A stretch of DNA of 64,000 bases from positions 14,646 to 78,645 of the forward strand of contig DPGD01000024.1 in NCBI GenBank assembly GCA_003522145.1, given 5' to 3'. Origin of the DNA: Clostridiales bacterium. Its GTDB lineage: Bacteria > Bacillota > Clostridia > Oscillospirales > CAG-272. This document shows, piece by piece, positions 8,320 through 14,365 of this stretch (the first letter of the stretch is position 1; every line of letters begins with the position of its first letter). A program made the position numbers and the translations under genes. Below the pieces are notes generated by a model. The model was not told where the DNA came from. It saw only the letters and a list, made by a program, of their open reading frames with translations, and searched no databases.

Positions 8320-10521
8320 ATGGGTTGGTTTGACGAACAAATCAGAGATCGCAAGCATAACGACGACGAGGCTTTTGCCGAAGCCTTTGCCAATATGGCC
8401 TCTGCCATCACCGGCAAAAAAATCGAAGCCTCCTTAAACAACGACCGCGCTGTTACCAAAGACGCCATCGACGAAATTCTGAAATATTATCATGTAAAGA
8501 GCCGCGAGGTGCCGGACGAAATCGGCGACATAAACGAACAGCTTGAATATCTCATGCGCCCTTTCGGCATTATGCGACGCCCGATCCGGCTGGAGGACGG
8601 CTGGTATCGTGACGCAATCGGCGCCATGCTCGGCGTGCTGCGCGAAAGCGGAAGGGTGGTGGCGCTGATTCCCACAGGGCTTTCCGGGTACAGCTATTTT
8701 GATTACGAAGTCGGCAAACGAAGAAAAATCAATCGCAAAAATCAGCACCTGTTTGAAATGGAAGCCATTGCGTTTTACAAGCCCTTTCCGCTGAAAAAAA
8801 TCAGCCTGCCGTCGCTGGCCGCATATATCATGCGGACGCTTTCGGCCTCCGATTTTGTGATGATCGCCCTGGCCACGCTTGCTCTATCGCTGATCGGCAT
8901 GATTTCCCCGATGATCAGCAAGCTCCTGTTTGCTCGTGTGCTTCCGTCGGGAAGCATGCGCCTGCTTATCGCCATTACGGTCTTCTCCGTGTCCGTTTCG
9001 ATCAGCACGCTTCTCTTTTCCGCCGTGAAAAAGCTGATCATGGCCCGGATCGAAACCAAGCTGAACATATCGGTTGACGCAGCCGCCATGATGCGCGTCC
9101 TGTCGCTCCCGGCCGATTTCTTCAAGTCGTACAGCGCAGGCGAGCTTTCAAACCGTGTGTCTCAGGTCGGTGTGCTTTGCAAAATGCTGGCGTCCACCGT
9201 CCTGTCTACGGGACTGACTTCCCTTTTCTCGCTCCTATACCTATCGCAGATATTTGTCTACGCGCCGGCTCTTGTCGCTCCCGCGCTGATAATTATTCTT
9301 GTAACCGTTGTATTTTCCATCCTGTCGTCGCTCATTCAGATGAAAATAAGCATACGTCAGATGGAGCTTTCCGGCAAAGAAGACGGTATGACCTATGCTC
9401 TCATTTCGGGCATACAAAAGATTAAGCTGGCCGGCGCCGAAAAACGCGCCTTTGCAAGATGGGGCAATCTTTATGCCGAAAGCGCAAGGCTTACCTACAA
9501 TCCGCCGATGTTTATCAAGCTCAACACCGTCATCAGCCTTGCCATAAGCCTTGCGGGAACGATCATCATGTACGTCATGGCGGTAAAATCGGGCATTTCC
9601 GTGGCCGATTATTACGCCTTCGGCACGGCATACGGCATGGTGTCCGGCGCATTTACGGCGCTGGCCGGAATCGCGCTCACCGTGGCGCAGATAAAGCCCA
9701 TCCTCCATATGGTAAAACCGTTTTTTGATACCGCACCTGAAGTTTCAGACGGAAAACAGGTGATCACAAGGCTGTCCGGCGGAATTGAACTGAGCAATGT
9801 TTCGTTCCGATACAGCGAAAACATGCCCCTGGTGGTAGACGATATGTCGCTTAAAATACGTCCCGGACAATATGTTGCCATCGTCGGGAAAACGGGCTGC
9901 GGAAAGTCAACGCTTATGCGTCTGCTGCTCGGCTTTGAGCATCCGCAAAAAGGCGCCATCTATTATGACGGGAGAGATCTGGAACGAATTGACCTCCGCT
10001 CTCTGCGGCGTCGGATCGGTTCCGTTATGCAAAACGGGAAGCTGTTCCAGGGCGATATTTATTCCAATATCGTCATTTCCGCACCGTGGCTGTCCCCAAA
10101 CGAAGCATGGGAAGCGGCGGAGCTTGCGGGAATTGCCGAGGATATAAGAAAAATGCCCATGGGGATGAGCACGATCATCTCCGAAGGCTCGGGCGGCATC
10201 TCCGGCGGACAGCGCCAGCGGCTGATGATTGCTCGCGCCATCGCGCCAAAGCCCAGAATCCTTATGTTTGACGAGGCGACAAGCGCGCTGGACAATCTCA
10301 CGCAGAAAAAGATCTCCGAAGCGCTCGACTCATTGAAATGCACCAGAATCGTAATTGCGCACCGGCTTTCGACCATCAAGCAGTGCGACAGGATCCTCGT
10401 GCTGGATCACGGAAAGATCATCGAAGACGGCAAATATGACGAGCTGATTGCAAAGAACGGCTTCTTTGCGGAGCTTGTCGCTCGGCAGAGGCTTGACGGC
10501 GCTCCCAAAGCCGATTTCTAA
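8320..10521 (+). CDS. Second bacteriocin ABC exporter permease/ATPase without peptidase domain (NHLM ABC2-type)
   Basis: 733 aa. It has a non-peptidase N-terminal domain of about 150 aa, a TM region, Walker A GKTGCGKST, signature ISGGQRQR, and Walker B LMFDEATSALD. Confidence 0.9.
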   Translation: MGWFDEQIRDRKHNDDEAFAEAFANMASAITGKKIEASLNNDRAVTKDAIDEILKYYHVKSREVPDEIGDINEQLEYLMRPFGIMRRPIRLEDGWYRDAIGAMLGVLRESGRVVALIPTGLSGYSYFDYEVGKRRKINRKNQHLFEMEAIAFYKPFPLKKISLPSLAAYIMRTLSASDFVMIALATLALSLIGMISPMISKLLFARVLPSGSMRLLIAITVFSVSVSISTLLFSAVKKLIMARIETKLNISVDAAAMMRVLSLPADFFKSYSAGELSNRVSQVGVLCKMLASTVLSTGLTSLFSLLYLSQIFVYAPALVAPALIIILVTVVFSILSSLIQMKISIRQMELSGKEDGMTYALISGIQKIKLAGAEKRAFARWGNLYAESARLTYNPPMFIKLNTVISLAISLAGTIIMYVMAVKSGISVADYYAFGTAYGMVSGAFTALAGIALTVAQIKPILHMVKPFFDTAPEVSDGKQVITRLSGGIELSNVSFRYSENMPLVVDDMSLKIRPGQYVAIVGKTGCGKSTLMRLLLGFEHPQKGAIYYDGRDLERIDLRSLRRRIGSVMQNGKLFQGDIYSNIVISAPWLSPNEAWEAAELAGIAEDIRKMPMGMSTIISEGSGGISGGQRQRLMIARAIAPKPRILMFDEATSALDNLTQKKISEALDSLKCTRIVIAHRLSTIKQCDRILVLDHGKIIEDGKYDELIAKNGFFAELVARQRLDGAPKADF

Positions 10522-10606
10522 CGCAAAAAACTTCAAAAATTTTTTCAGATTTTTATTAGCCTTTTTTTCTTTTGGATCGTATAAATCAACAGAAGGAGGA
10601 AGTAAA

Positions 10607-10843
10607 GTGATAGGCATAAGAGCAGGGCAACAAGACAGATTGCCCGAAATCAGCGAAAAAACGCTTTCGGCGCTGTTTGATTATCAATTGTTTGAAAACG
10701 AGCCTTCGCTCCGAAAACTCATAGATGAAGTGGAAAACGAATACGGTGCCGAAATTTCAGAGGATGACCTCTCGCTTGTCAGTGCGGCGGGCGAAACGGA
10801 ATCTTCCGAAAAGCGCAAAGGCAAAATGGACGGTACTCTATGA
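10607..10843 (+). CDS. Small acidic protein of unknown function, translationally coupled to the sigma factor
   Basis: GTG at 10607 lies 7 nt after AGGAGGA (10594-10600). The 78-aa ORF's stop overlaps the sigma gene ATG (ATGA at 10840-10843). The segment YGAEISEDDLSLVSAAG resembles the Nif11/double-glycine leader end of the downstream precursors. Confidence 0.45.
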   Translation: MIGIRAGQQDRLPEISEKTLSALFDYQLFENEPSLRKLIDEVENEYGAEISEDDLSLVSAAGETESSEKRKGKMDGTL

Positions 10844-11325
10844 GCCTTGCAACGGAAAAGGAAGCGCTGTATACGGAATACCACGACAAGGTAAGCCATT
10901 ATGTTTTCTGCAGACTGCAAAACAAAAGCGACGCAGAAGACATTGTCAGCGAAATCTTCCTGAAAGTTTACGAACATTTCGATACATTTGACGCAAGTCT
11001 TGCTTCCGTTTCCACATGGATTTATACGATCACACGGAACACCGTAACGGATTATTTCAGGTCAAACCGCATCTATGCGGAATTGCCGGAGGAGTTATCG
11101 GACGGAGACGACATCGATTGCGTTGTTTTACAAAAAGAATCTCTTGCGGCGCTCGGAAAAGCGCTCGGCAAGCTTGACGAGCGCCGCTGCGCCCTTGTGA
11201 TTTTAAAGTATTACAAGAAAATGTCTCTGAAAGATATAGCGGCAAGAATGGGCATATCGTATGCCTATGTAAAAATTCTGCACAAAAGTGCGCTGAACAA
11301 ACTTAAAAATGATCTGAGCGGTTGA
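10840..11325 (+). CDS. Sigma-70 family (ECF-like, two-domain) RNA polymerase sigma factor
   Basis: 161 aa. Region 2: DAEDIVSEIFLKVYEHFDTFD...STWIYTITRNTVTDYFR. Region 4 HTH: MSLKDIAARMGISYAYVKILHKSALNKLK. Confidence 0.9.
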   Translation: MSLATEKEALYTEYHDKVSHYVFCRLQNKSDAEDIVSEIFLKVYEHFDTFDASLASVSTWIYTITRNTVTDYFRSNRIYAELPEELSDGDDIDCVVLQKESLAALGKALGKLDERRCALVILKYYKKMSLKDIAARMGISYAYVKILHKSALNKLKNDLSG

Positions 11326-11358
11326 GTTCAAGCATAATTATACAGGAGGACAAACAAC

Positions 11359-11544
11359 ATGAAAGAACAGAAGGAAAAAATCAAAACCGACAAAGCGGAG
11401 CTGAATGAAAACGAGCTTGAAAAAGTAGACGGCGGCATGAAAGTAATAATCATCGGCGACGGAAAGATGGGGATGTGCGAAAGATGCGGCATATATGCCT
11501 ATATCGTTGACGGGCTTTGCGAAAAATGCAGAAAAAATAAGTGA
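11359..11544 (+). CDS. Precursor peptide P1: short double-glycine leader + 35-aa core with CxxCG-x9-CxxC
   Basis: AGGAGG RBS. Leader MKEQKEKIKTDKAELNENELEKVDGG, core MKVIIIGDGKMGMCERCGIYAYIVDGLCEKCRKNK (4 Cys). Confidence 0.75.
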   Translation: MKEQKEKIKTDKAELNENELEKVDGGMKVIIIGDGKMGMCERCGIYAYIVDGLCEKCRKNK

Positions 11545-11568
11545 CCGAGAAGAATAAAATACACGGCT

Positions 11569-11841
11569 ATGGAAAAAAACAAAAAGCTTACAAAAGCAAA
11601 TGCGGACGAATTATCCGATAAAAAACTTGAAAATGTTTCGGGCGGCACCGAAATCACGGACAATGAGAGCATTAAGATAAACAACAATAATTTTGACACA
11701 AGTATAAATTTCAATAATTTTGACACGAGCATCAAAATAAACAACAATAATGTTGATATGAGCATAAAGCATAGCAACGATATGAATAAAAACATTCTGC
11801 TAAACAACGATTCAGATATGAAAATACTGAAAAACAACTGA
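11569..11841 (+). CDS. Precursor peptide P2: short double-glycine leader + 64-aa Asn-rich, Cys-free repeat core
   Basis: Leader MEKNKKLTKANADELSDKKLENVSGG. The core contains IKINNNNFDTSINFNNFDTSIKINNNNVDMSIKH and has AT-rich coding DNA. Confidence 0.6.
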   Translation: MEKNKKLTKANADELSDKKLENVSGGTEITDNESIKINNNNFDTSINFNNFDTSIKINNNNVDMSIKHSNDMNKNILLNNDSDMKILKNN

Positions 11842-11894
11842 AAAGCGCTGTTATCCCGCCCAAAAACTTTTATGAATAAGGAGACGACAAGAAA

Positions 11895-12311
11895 ATGAAC
11901 ACCGAACTTATCGCCAAGGCAAAGGAAGCGAAATCCCCCGAAGAACTGATGGCTCTTGCAAAAGAAAACGGCATGGAACTGACCGAAGAAGCAGCAAGTA
12001 CATATTTTAATCAGCTCAACCCAAAAATGGGCGAGCTTGCAGATGACGAGCTTGACAATGTTGCCGGCGGCGGCTGCTACTCAAGCGGCGGACGTCTAAA
12101 AACTACCTGCGGATATAAATGCAAGCATTATCAAGACGGGCCTTCAACTTATGGTGTAAAAGGCACCTGCTGCAGATGCAGATACTGGGGCGTCGATCCT
12201 AACGCTATAAGCGCTTCTCTTTGGACAACGGTTTTAGAGTTGATCGTAAAAGCGGCTGAGGCGGCTGAACCTCGTGAGTGCTACCATCCCGCCAACAGTA
12301 AAAAGGGCTGA
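11895..12311 (+). CDS. Precursor peptide P3: Nif11-type leader + ~78-aa core (7 Cys)
   Basis: Leader MNTELIAKAKEAKSPEELMALAKENGMELTEEAASTYFNQLNPKMGELADDELDNVAGGG, followed by CYSSGGRLKTTCGYKCKHYQDGPSTYGVKGTCCRCRYWG... Confidence 0.85.
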   Translation: MNTELIAKAKEAKSPEELMALAKENGMELTEEAASTYFNQLNPKMGELADDELDNVAGGGCYSSGGRLKTTCGYKCKHYQDGPSTYGVKGTCCRCRYWGVDPNAISASLWTTVLELIVKAAEAAEPRECYHPANSKKG

Positions 12312-12370
12312 TTGGTACAAAAATTTGCACATTTAATTAAACAAATAAAAAACATCAAAGGAGCATCGCA

Positions 12371-12610
12371 ATGAAAATGAACAATGAACTTATCGCAAAA
12401 GCAAAACAGGCAAAAAACCCCGAAGAGCTTCTGGCTCTTGCAAAAGAAAACGGCGTTGAACTGACGGAAGAAAGCGCAAAGGCGTATTTCAATCAGCTCA
12501 ATCCCAAAACAGGCGAGCTTGCCGACGACGAGCTTGACAATGTCGCCGGCGGCGGCTGCCAGCAGAACAACGGTCATCTTGATAAATACAAGGATTTCAA
12601 CAACATTTGA
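12371..12610 (+). CDS. Precursor peptide P4: Nif11-type leader + very short core (1 Cys)
   Basis: The leader is near-identical to P3/P5. The core after GG(G) is only CQQNNGHLDKYKDFNNI. Confidence 0.7.
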   Translation: MKMNNELIAKAKQAKNPEELLALAKENGVELTEESAKAYFNQLNPKTGELADDELDNVAGGGCQQNNGHLDKYKDFNNI

Positions 12611-12661
12611 TTTTTTCCCGCACAACAAACATCTGAAAAATTTATTATGATAGGAGTTTTT

Positions 12662-13045
12662 ATGAAAAAGGATCTTTTAGTGAAAGCAAAACAAGCAAAA
12701 ACCCCTGAAGAATTGATGTCCTTCGCAAAGGAAAACAACATTGAACTGACCGAAGAGAGCGCAAAGGCGTACTTTGAACAGCTCAACCCCAAAACGGGCG
12801 AGCTTGCAGATGACGAGCTTGACAATGTTGCCGGCGGCGGATGCCATAACGGCGGCAGGCTTGTCGTTTCCGTAATGCATTACTGCGATGAATGGCGTTG
12901 CAAGGATGACGGCTCCCAATGCGATATAGACGGCGTACTGGTAAACTGCAACACCTGCAAGGTCGCCGCATACTGCTTTTCGTGCAAGTACTGTACCTAC
13001 GAAAAAGGGCTCTGGCTCTGCAATAACCCCGTTAACATGAAATAA
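12662..13045 (+). CDS. Precursor peptide P5: Nif11-type leader + ~68-aa core (10 Cys), paralogue of P8
   Basis: ATG 12662 after TAGGAG. Core GCHNGGRLVVSVMHYCDEWRCKDDGSQCDIDGVLVNCNTCKVAAYCFSCKYCTYEKGLWLCNNPVNMK. Confidence 0.85.
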   Translation: MKKDLLVKAKQAKTPEELMSFAKENNIELTEESAKAYFEQLNPKTGELADDELDNVAGGGCHNGGRLVVSVMHYCDEWRCKDDGSQCDIDGVLVNCNTCKVAAYCFSCKYCTYEKGLWLCNNPVNMK

Positions 13046-13071
13046 ACCTACTCAAACAAGGAGATTTTACC

Positions 13072-13485
13072 ATGGACAATAAATTTACACCCGAACTTAT
13101 TGAAAAAGCCAAAGAAGCGAAAACCCCCGAAGAATTGTTCGCTCTTGCAAAAGAAAACGGCGTTGAACTGACCGAAGAGAGCGCAGCGTCGTATTTTGAC
13201 CGGCTGAACCCCAAAACAGGTGAGCTTTCCGACAGTGAGCTTGATAATGTATCCGGCGGCGGTTGCCTCAGTGATGACCCCTACGATACTTGTATGGCGG
13301 ACGGCTACTGTTTGTCCGACTATGTATGCAGCCGTTGCGGCACAAGGGGTATTGACCATAGCACCGGCGTGTTGCGTTGTTCCGGATGTTTTGCAAGCGA
13401 CCCCCGCTGTCGGAACTGTAGGAACAGTATTGGGGATAAGAGCGATTCGGTATTAAAATGCAAGGTTCATCCGAGACCCTGCTAA
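13072..13485 (+). CDS. Precursor peptide P6: Nif11-type leader + ~75-aa core (11 Cys)
   Basis: The core GCLSDDPYDTCMADGYCLSDYVCSRCGTRGIDHSTGVLRCSGCFASDPRCRNCRNSIGDKSDSVLKCKVHPRPC contains CxxCG-x12-CxxC. Confidence 0.85.
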   Translation: MDNKFTPELIEKAKEAKTPEELFALAKENGVELTEESAASYFDRLNPKTGELSDSELDNVSGGGCLSDDPYDTCMADGYCLSDYVCSRCGTRGIDHSTGVLRCSGCFASDPRCRNCRNSIGDKSDSVLKCKVHPRPC

Positions 13486-13519
13486 AGAATATTTTAAATT
13501 GTACAGAGAGGATTCAAAG

Positions 13520-13915
13520 ATGGAAATGAACAAAGAATTGCTTGCAAAAGCAAAAGAAATGAAAACTCCCGAAGAACTCATGGCTCTCGCAAAAGAAAGC
13601 GGCATTGAAATGACAAAAGAAAAAGCGGATGAGTATTTTAAGCAGCTTAGCACAAGCTCCGGCGAGATATCCGATGAGGAACTCGATAATGTTTCCGGCG
13701 GCTGTGGCGGCGGATATGTTGCCGGCAGACCCCATCCTCAATTCGGCGTTGGTGAATCCGTTCTTTATATTTGCGGCTGGTTGGGAGGAGACAGGATAAC
13801 CGCGTCCGCCAAGGTCGTGAAGAGAAGCTATGAAAACGACGCATGGTATTATACCCTGAAAATACATGACGGAAGTGAAATAACGCTAAGCGAGTCGTAT
13901 GTAATAAAGAGCTGA
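13520..13915 (+). CDS. Precursor peptide P7: Nif11-type leader + ~70-aa Cys-poor, beta-rich core (2 Cys)
   Basis: ATG 13520 was chosen by alignment with P4 (MEMNKELLAKAK vs MKMNNELIAKAK). Core CGGGYVAGRPHPQFGVGESVLYICGWLGGDRITASAKVVKRSYENDAWYYTLKIHDGSEITLSESYVIKS. Confidence 0.75.
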   Translation: MEMNKELLAKAKEMKTPEELMALAKESGIEMTKEKADEYFKQLSTSSGEISDEELDNVSGGCGGGYVAGRPHPQFGVGESVLYICGWLGGDRITASAKVVKRSYENDAWYYTLKIHDGSEITLSESYVIKS

Positions 13916-13961
13916 GAACAAGACAGCTTTTACAAAATAAATTTGAGGCAAGGAGATTTTT

Positions 13962-14351
13962 ATGCAAAACAATCAAGAGCTTTTCGCAAAAGCAAAGGAA
14001 GCAAAAACCCCCGAGGAGCTGTTGTCTCTCGCGAAAGAAAACGGCATTGAAATGACCGATGAGAGCGCAAACGCATATTTTGAAATCATACATCCGAAAG
14101 CCGGCGAGCTTGCAGACGACGAGCTTGACAATGTATCCGGCGGCGGATGTCGCAAGAGTGACGGAAGACTTGTAGTTTCCGCCGGCTATTCATGCGGATA
14201 TTGGGAATGCAACAAATGCGGAGTGAAATGGAAAAATGCCGGTTACGGTACTTTTAAGTGCAGTAGGTGCGGAAAATCATCACATTGCAATAACTGCTAC
14301 TGGTGCTCATATGAAAAAGGGCTTTGGCTTTGCAATAACAAGGACAAATGA
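13962..14351 (+). CDS. Precursor peptide P8: Nif11-type leader + ~67-aa core (10 Cys), paralogue of P5
   Basis: Core GCRKSDGRLVVSAGYSCGYWECNKCGVKWKNAGYGTFKCSRCGKSSHCNNCYWCSYEKGLWLCNNKDK. It shares GRLVVS and C-x2-C-x5-C-x2-C-x2-C-x9-C / YEKGLWLCNN with P5. Confidence 0.85.
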   Translation: MQNNQELFAKAKEAKTPEELLSLAKENGIEMTDESANAYFEIIHPKAGELADDELDNVSGGGCRKSDGRLVVSAGYSCGYWECNKCGVKWKNAGYGTFKCSRCGKSSHCNNCYWCSYEKGLWLCNNKDK

Positions 14352-14365
14352 ACTGATTCGGGTAT

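Larger units (their letters stand above)
11895..14147 (+). repeat. Six dispersed-tandem copies of a ~180-nt leader-coding repeat (starts 11895, 12371, 12662, 13072, 13520, 13962)
   Basis: Each copy encodes ...AKAK.AK.PEEL..LAKE.G.E.T.E.A..YF..L....GE..D.ELDNV[AS]GG(G)C. The repeats are separated by unrelated core-coding DNA. Confidence 0.9.

Noticed and set aside
12281-14093. A series of 100-150-aa minus-strand ORFs (12281-12628, 12574-12825, 13048-13359, 13514-13867, 13647-14093) mirroring the precursor genes.
   Set aside because: They are antisense images of the repeated leader DNA, which is why they also look like a family. They have no RBS, and their repetitive K/F/C/A-rich sequence is explained by the complement of the E/L/A/K-rich leaders.
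11895-14147. A periodic ~400-450-bp array of ~180-nt repeats that could superficially resemble a repeat-spacer (CRISPR-like) structure.
   Set aside because: The repeats are far too long and are protein-coding (Nif11-type leaders with RBS and ATG). The 'spacers' are in-frame core peptides. There are no short palindromic repeats and no cas genes.
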